A stretch of 64,000 nt of DNA. Source: Nitrospirales bacterium (GTDB taxonomy: Bacteria; Nitrospirota; Nitrospiria; Nitrospirales; UBA8639). The stretch spans positions 352,001 through 416,000 of the forward strand of contig CBDBCZ010000010.1 in NCBI GenBank assembly GCA_965203295.1, given 5' to 3'. Positions 1 to 11,811 of this stretch are shown piece after piece. Each line of letters begins with the position of its first letter. The stretch's first letter is position 1. The translations under genes were made by a program, and so were the position numbers. Under the pieces are notes generated by a model. It did no database searches. It saw only the letters and a program-made list of their open reading frames with translations, and was not told the DNA's origin.

Positions 1-1
1 G

Positions 2-724
2 TCCAAAGGGAAATCACTATTAAAGAATGGTGGCAGAAGGTCTTCACTTGAGAGTTCATCACCAACAGGGCCTGCTGTAAATGTTACTACCGCTCCAGCC
101 ACACCAGCAGGGTGTGCTGTAAATGTTACTACTGCTCGAGCCACACCAGCGGGGTCTGCTGTAATTGTTACTACAAGTCCAGCCACACCAGCAGGGCCTG
201 CTGTAAATGTTACTACAACTCCAGCCACAAGTGTGCGCATATGTGCACCTCTGCAAACAGCTGTACTTAATTGTGGAGTGCAGCATGCTCACTTTGTAAA
301 TGTGCAGAGGCCACCACCTCCCTTGATTCCGGTATCTCTGCCAAGCAGTGAAAACCAGTTAGCCTTGTCTACCCCTCGATTCCCTGCTCCACTTGCGCCG
401 TTTTATTTAGTCTTCCTTCATGGAAATATTCGGATGTGCTCAGGCTGCCGCCGTCCTTTTCCCAAAAAGCCTGATGGTGACTTTGCAGATCCACCGTACA
501 ACTTGGCAATTAAACATGAAGAAGACCGAGAATTCTTTCATCCTTCAACTAAGGAGAAGATGTGCAAATACGGAAATGCTTACTACCATGTGTTTGCTTC
601 TTGTCTGGAAGTGAAGTGGCCGGAGTTTTCTCCCTCACAATTAAACATCTCACCTGAGGTGCATCAGGAACTACTTCCGATTCATAAGCAGCTGCTATTC
701 TCCAACTTTGGACTTCGTCTTTAA
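2..724 (+). CDS. 3' end of an ORF entering from outside the window; Thr/Pro-rich repeats followed by a C-terminal Cys/His zinc-finger-like domain; probably transposon-derived
   Basis: Frame open from base 2 to TAA at 724; contains CSGC...H...YYH...C pattern and a 14-aa repeat linker. Confidence 0.55.
   Translation, partial: SKGKSLLKNGGRRSSLESSSPTGPAVNVTTAPATPAGCAVNVTTARATPAGSAVIVTTSPATPAGPAVNVTTTPATSVRICAPLQTAVLNCGVQHAHFVNVQRPPPPLIPVSLPSSENQLALSTPRFPAPLAPFYLVFLHGNIRMCSGCRRPFPKKPDGDFADPPYNLAIKHEEDREFFHPSTKEKMCKYGNAYYHVFASCLEVKWPEFSPSQLNISPEVHQELLPIHKQLLFSNFGLRL
62..229 (+). repeat. 42-bp coding tandem repeat, 4 copies (P[AT]GxAVNVTTxPAT)
   Basis: Units such as ccagcagggcctgctgtaaatgttactacaactccagccaca recur every 42 bp. 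Confidence 0.9.
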
Positions 725-1145
725 ACTTGCATGTACTTCCATCTTTAAACTGCTGTTGTATCAAACCAGGTTTGACTTAATGCATCTGTATCAGGCACCT
801 TTGCTCATATTTATTATGACTTAATGTCTACATGATGGTGATTTTGTGTGCAAATTTTGCAGCTATACAGCTATGATGTACGTGTGGGTGGAACTGATTA
901 TAGGGTGGGTGTGGTTATGGTTAGAACGTGCGCGTGGTTTATGTTCGCGCAACCGGCTGTCACGCTGTGCAGCCTTTTCGAAGATTAGCACGCGGCGGCT
1001 CGTGGACATTTCAATCTAGTCCATGTGCTCTTCTGTATATGGGTGTGGTTATGGTTAGAACGCGCTGTACAGTTTGAGCCGGCCACGCGGTGTAGCCAGC
1101 CGTTCGAAAATCAGCACTCAGCGACTATTGACGCACATTTTAATT

Positions 1146-1237
1146 CAGTTCAGTCCAGTCCAGTCCAGTCCAGTCCACCGGTCCAGTCCAGTCCAGTCCA
1201 GTCCATTCCACCGGTCCAGTCCACCAGTCCAGTCCAG
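1146..1237. repeat. (CCAGT)n pentanucleotide microsatellite
   Basis: Imperfect CAGTC/CCAGT run seen directly. Confidence 0.9.
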
Positions 1238-1251
1238 CGATTGTAGACGCC

Positions 1252-1698
1252 CACCAAGAAGGGATTCAGGATCGATAACCCGATACACGGTAAGTTCGAC
1301 ACGGTACTGTGGTCTTGACGCTCAGGCAGCAAAGATCGATGATCCTGCTGAAGCCCCCGTCTCTCCTGAACCAGTTACCATCGTATCTGCCAATGAAGTT
1401 GACTACAAAGCCTACAAAGCCTAACTAACTGTGTAGCAGTGTAGGTAGCCGTAGCTAATCGTTTTGATCGGTTGTATATTTTGCCGTGTATATCCGTTCT
1501 ATTACTGAATAGACCGACTTTCGGCACAGTTACATCACTATTAGTAATCACTGTACTCAATTTTATGGCTAATAAAGGAAGGGGTTGCCCCTCCTGGCCG
1601 ATAAACGAACTTGCCGCTTCTAAGGCCACTTTAATGGCCCGTGGCGTAGCGGAAGCATTACGTAAAGGCCAATAAAGTGGCCCGTGGCGCGCAATGAG
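1252..1698 (+). mobile_element. 5'-truncated piggyBac-type MITE, CTCATTGC family
   Basis: Ends gcgcaatgag|TTAA (1699-1702); body aligns by eye with 54106-54555 and, inverted, 58714-58989. Confidence 0.85.
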
Positions 1699-2077
1699 TT
1701 AACGCCTAAGAGCTACACACTTTCATTGAGCAAGTAAGGTCACAATTTATGGATATTGCTCTGTGTAACACCATATGGGGGTAACATTAACTTTGAACGC
1801 CATGCATATAAAATGGAAAAAACATGTACTTTATATTAACGCCTAATATAAAAAGGCCAATATAAATTCATATTAGCCTTATAGATGTAGTAAAACTTGG
1901 CTGTGAAAGAGTTAAGAATAAGTCAGTGGTTAGGGTAAGGGTAGCCCATGCATACTTTACATACAAATGTCACAATGTCAAAGCATGGTGCAATATCTGG
2001 ATACTGCATTAACCACAGAGCAATATCTGCCACGCTTCAGTGAGCATGCTTGTAGCTGGTTTATTTGTATTAGTTAA

Positions 2078-2655
2078 CCCATTCACCGTCGAATTGTCAG
2101 AGGACATGCCAGCAAAAACAAAGCTTGTGTCATTCTACCGCTTTTGTGCATAGACAAAGCAGTAAATCCATAGCAATCATAATCTCTTGAAGTAGCACAA
2201 ATGTAGCATATTTCGGGCAAGTGTTTCCTCTTCTGTGCAGCTATACTCATGATCAAAGTCGCCATCCATACCGTCACCAACGATCTCCCGAGTTAGCGCC
2301 TCTACATCACTTCGCGCAAAACTGGATCGCCAGTATGGGCATAAAACTGTTCTACTGCCTCTTCCTCACTGGATTCACCATTGGATAGCCCGAAACTATT
2401 GTCTAGAAAGACATCCAACGCTTCTTCTGTAGAGTACCGTGCGGCCGCGTGGCAGGGGTCACCGAGGTCGCAGGATTTTTCCCGTAGAAAACGGATTTTT
2501 TCGATGTTGTAGTTGAGCGGAGGGCGTGGAAATACTGCTCTACTGTCTATACATATTGTTTGCGCGGCGCTGTACCGCATTTTGTGTGCTATACGGCAGT
2601 ATTTGTAAGGTCATGTACCCTATGCCGCCATATGGCGGCAACGGCGGTGAATGGG
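2078..2655 (-). mobile_element. Non-autonomous piggyBac deletion derivative (578 bp)
   Basis: TTAA on both sides; TIR cccattcaccgtcg / cccattcaccgccg; retains acidic piggyBac-like N-terminal peptide (RYSTEEALDVFLDNSFGLSNGESSEEE) on minus strand; palindrome gccgccatatggcggc near right end. Confidence 0.85.
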
Positions 2656-2659
2656 TTAA

Positions 2660-2828
2660 TTAAAGGTCAGTTTGGGTGAGGGGAGTTTAAAGTCCGAGGC
2701 GAAGCCGAGGATTTTAATCCCTCACCCAAGCTGACATTTAATGTACATTGGTATAGCCATGATCCCTGTATGTGGCCTCCTTTGAGTGCTATAAGCGTGG
2801 GAAAATTGATTGCCATGGTAATGTACAA
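2660..2828 (+). repeat. ~170-bp interspersed hairpin repeat (possibly Crypton-like non-autonomous element)
   Basis: ggtcagtttgggtgaggg...ccctcacccaagctgac stem around ccgaggcgaagccgagg; two more copies at 61584-61766 (inverted) and 61908-62069. Confidence 0.7.
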
Positions 2829-2977
2829 TAAGCCCCAATAAACTTAGCTAGCAATGACAAAAAATACTTTTTTCTTATGACTTGTGATATCAGGCCTTCT
2901 GTTTCACTTCACATGGCTGTCAAATGAAGCTGGAAGGTCTTGGAACATGGCTACATTTTTATACGCTTCCTTTGCAG

Positions 2978-3728
2978 CTTGACAAAGCAAATACCATGGA
3001 TGAGGTTGATGCCCTTGTAGACCAGCCAGCAAACATGTTCATCATCAATCAGTCGAGATGGAGCATTATTGAGCCAGTCACCATGGAAAACAAAGCCAGC
3101 CTACTTCAGCACCTTATCTGGGAAGAGGTGATCTTGAGGAAAGAAGGCAACGTCCAGGCTTTTAAACGAGGCCTTGATTGTCTCATGTTGCTGCAGCTGA
3201 TGCAGACGTGGCCAGACGTACTGAAGCCCTTGTTTGTAGCCCAACCTACCATGAAAGAAGTCACAGCTGAGGCATTTCTGGGGTTAGTGGCATCGCTGAA
3301 GCCACATGACAAGGACCAGCAGCGGGCATATGACTACTTTCACGACTTTGTGTTCCATCTTGAGAGTAAGTATATAGTTACCTGTGTTCCAGTTATACCC
3401 AATTGCTAAGACGTGTTCTGGGTTGGAATAATATGACAATTTGTGTGACATGGTTTTGTTTGTATAATTATCTAGACCCCAAGGATATTCTCAATGAGGG
3501 AATTCTGCTGTCGTCCCTGCTACACTTCATCACAGGCGAATCTGTAATACCTCCGATGGGACTTCAACATCCTATCGAATTGCAGTATCACCCAGCTGTT
3601 GAGACAGCAATCTTCTTGGGCACTGCTCCAAGGTGTTTCTCCCCATCGTCCATAAGACCAAGGAAGAGTTTTTTGCAGCATGCATCAAAAGTCTCATGTT
3701 TGGAGGACATAGCTATGGCAATGCATAG
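2978..3728 (+). pseudogene. HECT-domain E3 ubiquitin ligase-like (G2E3-like) gene, last two exons (2978-3365, 3476-3728), frameshifted
   Basis: GT-AG intron; motifs QAFKRGL..L..LMQ..PD.LKPLF, LLHFITG..VIPPMG, and after a frameshift near 3615 HCSKVFLPIVHKTKEEFFAACIKSLMFGGHSYGNA*, matching a HECT C-lobe. Confidence 0.7.
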
Positions 3729-3863
3729 CATGTACCTTATGCACAATATTTTGTTAGATCACTACCACAAACCTGCCTAATTAATTAACAGCACCAAACT
3801 GATGTAGAACTTGTTGTGTCACATGCATAGTCTCTTACACATCAACGTTCTTTTTTGCGATAA

Positions 3864-5702
3864 TTACTGAACATGATTAAGCACATACTCCCGAACTGCT
3901 TCATAAGTATCAATATAGTGCCCATTGCGGGATACTAGGGAAGTGTTCACAATATTCTCCACAACTGCAACATCATCTGGATCCAAAGGAGTGGGTGTAT
4001 GTGGAACCTCTACAATTCCAGGGATAGCAATATCATCATATTCACTGCTAAGGTTTTCGGCAGGAATGATAGCACGATCACTCAGTAGAGTTCCTACTGT
4101 CAATAACTGCGCTGGTGTCATAAAATGTTCTGTAGTCACTGCATGATGGTTCCATCCATTTGTAAAAGCTTCCAGGGCTTCATTTATCTTTTGCAAATAG
4201 ACCAAGTGTAAGCAGTAGAGATCAGTGTCAGATAAGGGGTCTAAGACTCCTCGCTCCTCCAAATAGTAGAAGAGCTGGTAGAACACTGTCAGGACACACC
4301 TGAACACATCCCTCCAGAGGCGCTCAATCCGCTGATTATGCACCGAAGACCCTGTAATCACTGGGGTTTGGTGGTCACTGTTCAACAGCATCATCTCTGC
4401 AACCTATACAGTATAATCCCCATACAATAATATGTTTATTATTATGTATCTACTGTATTATCGGTAACTATGTAACTTTGCACGTGTGATAAGGAATAAA
4501 TAATCCCAGTTTAATTTGGGGGGGGGGGGGGGTTATACTACAGAGCGAATATATAGCAAGTGCATGGTTACATGATGGTCCTAGCTTGGTCACGGTGTAA
4601 TGTTACAGGCAACAGAAGTCCTAGGCCTGGGGTTTCTTATTTCTTCTCCCTAATTGGTAAAAATGTGTACATATTTGTGACAATTGGCATGACATTTTGT
4701 GAAAGTATAATTGTGCATGCTCATACCTTTATATTCTCACCACCAAGGTCACATCGTATACGGTGTGGTAGTCCATACTGTTGCACTGCCCCACAAAACA
4801 ACTGTAAAACTGTTTCACTTTTGTTGTTACTTGAACAGTGCAGGAATACAATGCACCGTGAGAAGCCGTCAATGGCTCCATGGACTACGAACCTCCACCT
4901 GTTCAACATGAAAAATTATAAATAACATGATATGCTAATTCATAGTTAACATGCACTTCATGAGGGCTTACCTCACTAATTTATGGTTGCCATCAATATG
5001 CCACAGTGCATTTGGGCCAGACACTGAGTAAGTGCGACGCGAAATTGGAGTGGCCCACCTTAAAGCTGTTGCCACTGGATCAACACCAGACATACTGTCT
5101 TGCACTCGAGAAAACGAAACATGAATTCCTCTGCCTTGCAATGCTCCTTTCACCATATTTTTCCCAGCTTCTGGCATGAGTTGCTTAATACTAGACACCT
5201 GACGGTCTAAGTCACAGTCAGATATGTGTGTGAAATTATATGGATCCATCAGTCCATACTCTGACCTAATTCGGTAGAGAGTTCTGCGGCAAATCCCAAA
5301 CAATGAGGCAATCTTTGACCAGGAAAGCCTCAGTTCACGTAGAAACTCAATTTACTCTTTACTAATGAACACTTTTGGACGACCACGATTACCACTCCTC
5401 TGATGCTCTGCAACCAGGCCACCCTCACTGACCTCAGTATCCAGGACCTCCCAATGCTTCCTAATATCTCCCAGATTAGTAAGACCACAGGAAACGTCCC
5501 TTTCAATGTCCTGAAGTTCTGGGTCCGGGCTGCTAACTAGGGAAGCTTGTAGCCTTCCCCTAATAGCTAGAAGTACTCTTACGTAGTTATCTAGCTTTAA
5601 AAGGGTGGCTTCCACAACATTTCTAGTAGCAGATGACTCCCTGCCAGCCGTAAGGTGCAAAAAGGAAACCAAATCACTGAAGAATGAATCCCACTGGTCC
5701 AT
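3864..5702 (-). pseudogene. IS3EU/IS481-like integrase-core DDE transposase, 3 exons (5702-4972, 4898-4727, 4403-3864), one in-frame stop at 5352-5354
   Basis: Spliced product has HTH (LSWSKIASLFGICRRTLYR), [34 protein letters not shown] and SVHNQRIERLWRDV; canonical GT-AG sites restore the frame. Confidence 0.88.
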
Positions 5703-5799
5703 AGCGAACTCTAATTACTTCATTTCCCAATCCCAGACCAATGTAAGCCTGAGAACGAGACATACGGCGGCGTGGCGTCAGGGGTTTACAGAGTTGGCA

Positions 5800-6066
5800 T
5801 AATCGAGCGATACAAAAAAAAAACGATCGATCCCTCTCTGGGATCGGTAGAAAAAAAAACGCTCGACGCCTTTTTTGGAATGATACAGCAAAGCAGTTGG
5901 TAGACTAGCTAAATCGATCGAACTTTGGGACCTATGAAGAAAACAGATCGATATTAATTTTAGAGAAAATTGATCAATCTTTGGGCTCGATAAAGAAAAT
6001 CGATCGGTTGGCTGCGTGATTGAGTACGGGTAAATTTGTGCTTCGTTGGATCGATTTTTTACCATA
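5800..6066 (-). mobile_element. Probable terminus of the IS3EU-like element
   Basis: Minus strand begins TATGGTAAAAAATCGATCC (TAY terminus reported for IS3EU); region is rich in CGATCG subterminal repeats. Partner end not found. Confidence 0.45.
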
Positions 6067-6449
6067 GATAAGTCCGTGCTCAAGGCCATTGTACGGAAGC
6101 CCGAGGTATGTATTTGTCGTTTTTTTCCTACATTGGCTACATGCTTTTAATAAATATCTGCGCCGTTCACCACAGATTCCACTGACTACTGTTGCCCCAG
6201 ACAGAACATTTGCAAGTCCTTTGCTCACTGACAGTGCCAGATCTTCTTGTGGTCCTTGTGAAGAGGTACGTGAATTTGTAAAAACTATGTACTGTATGTT
6301 GTAGAGATGTGTTGGGTCAACTGGGGTAAATGGTGCTATGGGAATGTTTCAAGACTTTGTGGTGTTGTTGGAGAAATATGAAGGATGTCTGAGGAAGGCA
6401 AGAGTATTTATTAAGTCTCACCATCTCATCTATTTCGTATGTTGTGTAT

Positions 6450-9003
6450 GGGTAATTCCATGCCAAATCAACACAAAAAATGACGACCCCCTCAGATTTC
6501 CACGAAACTTGGTACATATGTACCCTATGTGAAGTTATTAATTCACAGTGATTATTAGCCTCACACATTGTATGGCTTCTGTGTTACAGTCAGCCAAAAA
6601 CTCAATTTTTCGTCAAATTTTTGGCTACCTGTTCCTACATAATTGGCCATAACTATTACTACGATTGTCTGTGCAAGATGAAAATTGCACCATCTTGTAC
6701 CTTAGTAGATACCCTTTCAGCTGATATATTGCAAGTGATAATTTGATTAAGTTGAGGTCAAAGGTCATGGGTTATATACTTGACCTTTGCCCCCTTGAAA
6801 AACGGATTCTTCAATGTTCTAATTTTTTTTCCAAATGTTCTCTAGATCTTCATGTTGAGATGGTATTATTTTAGTTTTGGGACTGCCATGGGAATAGGAG
6901 ATACGGAGAGTAGCGTAATAGCCAGTAGGGTGTTTTTCATGTATGTCCACACATACTTTCCCCATACTGGGATTTGTTTTGGTGTGAGGTCGAGTACTAC
7001 ATGATCTGGGTGAGTAGACTGATTTAGTACATTCATTATACATGTAGTGAGTTATAGTTTGGCACATTCCTGAAAGTAGATGGGAATAAAGTTGCACAAA
7101 TCCACAAGATTCCCGCAATCAAACAGGAGCTCTCACACATGCACATTTTCCCGCTTTATTCTGACTAATACTCCTAACACATTGGAATGTAGCTCTTTGT
7201 AAACATTGTAACTAACTCTCTGATTATCAGTAGTTAAGCTACAGTTTTTACCTTGAGGCTGCTAATTAAATTCCATGGCAATATCACACAATTCTCAAGC
7301 ATAGCCGTGTTAGCTCATAGTGAAACAGTGATCAAAGCAAACCATTCTAGACTTATTTGAAGTTAGCTCTCCTTCTGTCAGTGCACAACCATGGCCCAGT
7401 CTCAGTGGCGAAGTATTTGCTCAGCATTGACACAGCTATGCTTGAGAATTGGCTATACCAAGAAGTGAAGTGTGATATTGCCATGGAAATCAATCATCAA
7501 TTTTGCTGTAATCCCTTCAACAGATCTAACCTAGCCTCGAACCCAGCCGTCCCAGCTTTTTTTTAAAGAGCTGGAACAGCTGGGTTCGAGGCTAGATCTA
7601 ACCATTTCATCTGGAAGAAGAACCAGCGGTCTGTTACAAAGTGGATGTCTGAGAAAGTTGTGATTGAGAATCTCATACGTACCACTGCATCCGCTCCAAG
7701 CATTAGGTCTGTTGAAGGGATTGCAGTAAATATTTCGCCACTGAGACTGACTGGGCCATGGTTGTGCACTCACAGAGGGAGAGGTAACTTCAAAATAAGT
7801 CTAGAATAGTTTACTTTGATCACTTTTTCACTATGAACTGACACAGCTATGCTTGAGAATTGGCAATACCAAGAAGTGAAGTGTGATATTGTGTAGTGCT
7901 TAATTTGGCGGGTCTAAACGTTTGCGAATAGCCATTTTGGAACGTTTCGTTGAAATAATTTCACGAATCTGTTCAAATACGCCACACCCACGTACTATAC
8001 AGTGAATTTATGGGCAGAGTGTACCTGAGTAACTAAATGCGCACAGATTTACAGGAAGCTTAGTAGCGAATGGTATCTACCACTCCATGCTCTGCTGCTC
8101 ACTTTTCAATTTCGACCTTTATCGCGCTCATTTTCAGGTATGCTTCCCTAACCTTCGTGCCGGCAGAGGGAAATCAATTATCAGTCTCAAGGTGAAAACT
8201 GTAGCTAATTAATTTCAACTATTGATACATCAGGGACTTAGTTACAATGTTTACAAAGAGCTGCATTCCAATGTGTTAGGAGTATTAGTCAGAATAAAGC
8301 GGGAAAATGTGCATGTGTGAGAGCTCTGTTTGATTGCGGGAATCTTGTGGATTTGTGCAACTTTATTCCCATCTACTTTCAGGAATGTGCCAAACTATAA
8401 CTCACTACATGTATAATGAATGTACTAAATCAGTCTGCTCACCCAGATCATGTAGTACTCGACCTCACACCAAAACAAATCCCAGTATGGGGAAAGTATG
8501 TGTGGACATACATGAAAAACACCCTACTGGCTATTACGCTACTCTCCGTATCTTTTAATCCCATGGCAGTCCCAAAATTAAAATAATACCATCTCAACAT
8601 GAAGATCTAGGAACATTTGGAAAAAAAATTAGAACAATTGAAGAATCCGTTTTTCAAGGGGGCAAAGGTCAAGTATATAACCCATGACCTTTGATTTCAA
8701 CTTAATCAAATTATCACTTGCAATATATCAGCTGAAAGGGTATCTACTAAGGTACAAGATGGTGCAATTTTCATCTTGCACAGACAATCGTAGTAATAGT
8801 TATGGCCAATTATGTAGGAACAGGTAGCCAAAAATTTGACGAAAAATTGAGTTTTTGGCTGGCTGTAACACAGAAGCCACACAATGTGTGAGGCTAATAA
8901 TCACTGTGAATTAATAACTTCACATAGGGTACATATGTACCAAGTTTCGTGGAAATCTGAGGGGGTCATCATTTTTTTGTGTTGATTTGGCATGGAATTA
9001 CCC
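6450..9003. mobile_element. 2.55-kb non-coding foldback DNA transposon, GGG..CCC ends, 4-bp TSD (Sola2-like)
   Basis: GTAT|GGGTAATTCCATGCCAAATCAAC...GTTGATTTGGCATGGAATTACCC|GTAT; ~800-bp near-identical inverted arms plus inner inverted segments. Confidence 0.92.
7532..7594. mobile_element. 63-bp hairpin MITE, TAG..CTA ends, 9-bp TSD
   Basis: GATCTAACC|tagcctcgaacccagc...gctgggttcgaggcta|GATCTAACC. Confidence 0.85.
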
Positions 9004-9963
9004 GTATGCATACATATATTATGTGTGTACACGTGTTTTCATACACACTCAAATCCTTGTACCTTGCAGACAAGTGAAAATGGATCATTGCAGCTGCAGC
9101 TGACCCACACTGCTAATGGCCTTGGGTTAAGAAAGCCAACTGGAAACCTTGAGGTATTGTAATATTGTACATATTGAGCATGTTGTGCAGGCTCTAGCAG
9201 GTTTAATCAACCTTTAACACTTTCATATCACTACTATATGAAACCATGTCTGACTCTTTGTGGACTTCTGGTCTGTCAAAACCTACACTGTATGTTTAAT
9301 AGACAAGGCAATACCTGTTTGGGAACAGGCTAGGCATAGTCTGGTGAGTATGGGATATAGTACAGGTGAAAGCAGGCAAATATGCTGGTAGTCTCGTGCC
9401 CAGCCCCACGTTAGAAAGGTGGGTCTGGCTCCTCGTATACTAAAAGTTGGGTTAGCGATACATCATATTACATCACCAAACGGATAGTATCCACAGGGCC
9501 ACGCGAATTTTTTTTTTGGACGTACTTTCGACTTAGTCTCTGGAGCACAATTCTGATTTGCACATCTGCGCGTGCGCAAATTGGGTATCGACCTTTGACC
9601 TTCTGCACGTGTAATTTTTTCCCCGGGAAACTACAAGCTACGTATGCTATATAGCTGGCTTGCTGGTCCTCAGTCCTCAGTCCTCAGTGAAGTGTACATA
9701 AGAAACTACGTGTAGCAGTGTAAAGTAGATCATAACTTTGAAGCTAGCGCTCATGCTACTTATATAACCCATGATGGCTGCGCTGACCACAGGCTAGTCT
9801 CGCGGGCCAGGGGATCAAGTTCTAGCCTCATACCAAGGCCTCTATACCACTGTGAGTGGAGAAGAGTGGACACTGGTAACAAGGCCACTGGGCTTTAGCT
9901 TCTCAGTAATGACAGTGCCATACTAATGTATACACATGTTTGCAACATGATTTGTACAGCAAT

Positions 9964-11811
9964 ATGGATGGCAACGCGGATATCATAGAGGTCTTGGATG
10001 AAAGTGGCAGAGGTGGAGTGAGAACAAATGCAGGACCCACTCTAACAGAACAAGACTGGCAATACCTGTGCAGAGGACAATGGTTAAATGACAATGTGAG
10101 TACAGCTTGCATTACATACTACAGTAATACCAGCTCTATAATTTGGTTCTAACAGTAGTATACTCACTGGTAACATGACTCAGTTTCCTCTTCCACTTCT
10201 ACTTTTATACATAGGTCATAACAGCATATCTGCAAATGATCAAGAGAGATGTACCGATGGTGAGCTCAAATTTTACTTTCAAGGTAGTGCTACGGACTAT
10301 ACACTTATCCACACAGGTAGTGGAAGTAATCAGCAGCCAAGTTACCACGAAGATGCTTAAAGAAGGTGTTGACAGTGTTGTGGGATACTACCGTAAGGTA
10401 CATGTAACCAACTGCTACATATAATGCTACCCAGAAAAAGGTGGGAAAGGGGACAGGATACAACAGGTTTCAAGGAATGGTCGGGGAATAAAACGATCCT
10501 TGGATGAAAACTAAGAAACACATGTACCTCTCTACTTTCAGTTACTGTGAAGTTTAACAAATTACAGAAACTATAATGGATGGAATATAAACCTTTTTTA
10601 CTCAGGTGCAACTTCTCAAAGCGAACAAACTCTTGATTGTCTTTAACCACCTTGACTGCCATTGGACATTGATGGTAACTGTGACAACTATGCATGGACA
10701 AGCCTACATGCTATTTACATACATGTACTGATTTTATTATACGTGTAGGTTGTTGACTTGAAAGCAGAGACAATGAAGTATTTTGACTCCTTTTCACCGG
10801 CATCTTCACCTTACTTCCAAGTTGTATGGTAGGTGAGCATTTCCTGTAGCACCTACACGTAACCGAGATATACTTACATGAAGAGTTGTTTACTGCATGT
10901 TGACACATATGTGGTAAACTGTACCTCCTAAAAGTATTGATTACCTTTCAGAAATTTTCTTGAAAAGAGAGCAGAAAAGGAAGGCAGAACGATTGATTTC
11001 AATCATTGGATCTTTACTGTGGAAAGGGTGAGGAACATATACATGCACCAAAATTGTAATTGTGCATGCATGTGGTTGCATTTTGTATAATTATTACATA
11101 CGTACACTTTTCTGCAGGATATACCCCAGCAATACAACTCCAGTGACTGTGGTGTTTTTGTTCTTCAGGTAGTTGCATGCCACTTTAGTATACAGTGATC
11201 TGTTCTAATAAATTCATTATGCCATTGTTTAGTATGCCAAATGCTGTGTTTTGGATCTCCCCATGACTTTCTCCCAGGTAAACCCAACAATTATATGTGA
11301 CAGTCCTGGGTAGAAAACTGTTAGTCCCTCATATAATTATGTTGATCATGTCACTGTGTTCAAAGTGCAGGATCTGTGAACTTCTGTTAAGGGTGGGGTT
11401 TATATGCAATGCGTGGCTGCATTGTTACTTGCAATTTCATTTACACAGAAGTTCAGAGATACAGCTAGTGCTGTGAATGCGGTGACACAATCAAATATTA
11501 TAATGCAACAGTTGATTTCTATATGGGATTGCCACATATCACTAAATATATATACATGACAAATTTACTGTACCTTATTATAGGCTGATATGCCCTCAAT
11601 TCGAAAAAGTGTATCAAGAGAGCTGAAGAGAGGTGCTCTGAATACATCACAAGATATCAGTTCTAGCCACAACCATGAGCATGCTACAATTTCGTCAGTA
11701 AACCACACCAATGGTAGCTTTGCTTCAGAGCCCAAATCTAGCACAATTGGTGAAAGTCTCAAAGCATCCAGTAGTATTAGTAACAGCCACACTGATAGAG
11801 TCACTAGATGA
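9964..11811 (+). pseudogene. Ulp1/SENP (peptidase C48) module, 9 exons: 9964-10095, 10215-10259, 10317-10397, 10606-10674, 10749-10828, ~10952-11027, 11118-11168, 11233-11277, 11584 onward
   Basis: Spliced: QWLNDN|VITAYLQMI..., IVFNHLDCHWTLM|VVDLKAETMKYFDSF, DIPQQYNSSDCGVFVLQ|YAKCCVLDLPMTFSQ|ADMPSIRK; His-Asp-Cys triad and oxyanion Gln present; a TG|A stop forms at the exon 5/6 junction. Confidence 0.88.

Noticed and set aside
1375..1675. Recurrent ORF ALE.ASS..GQEG.PLPLLAIKL (also 54233, 58722)
   Set aside because: Translation of the same MITE in three copies; no evidence of coding function.
6063..6075. CATAGATA as a P-element left end
   Set aside because: No matching CTATG end with 7-bp TSD found; better explained as the IS3EU-like terminus.
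6819..8558. Duplicated ORFs MRESCGFVQLY on both strands
   Set aside because: By-product of foldback arms; TTG starts and no recognisable domain.
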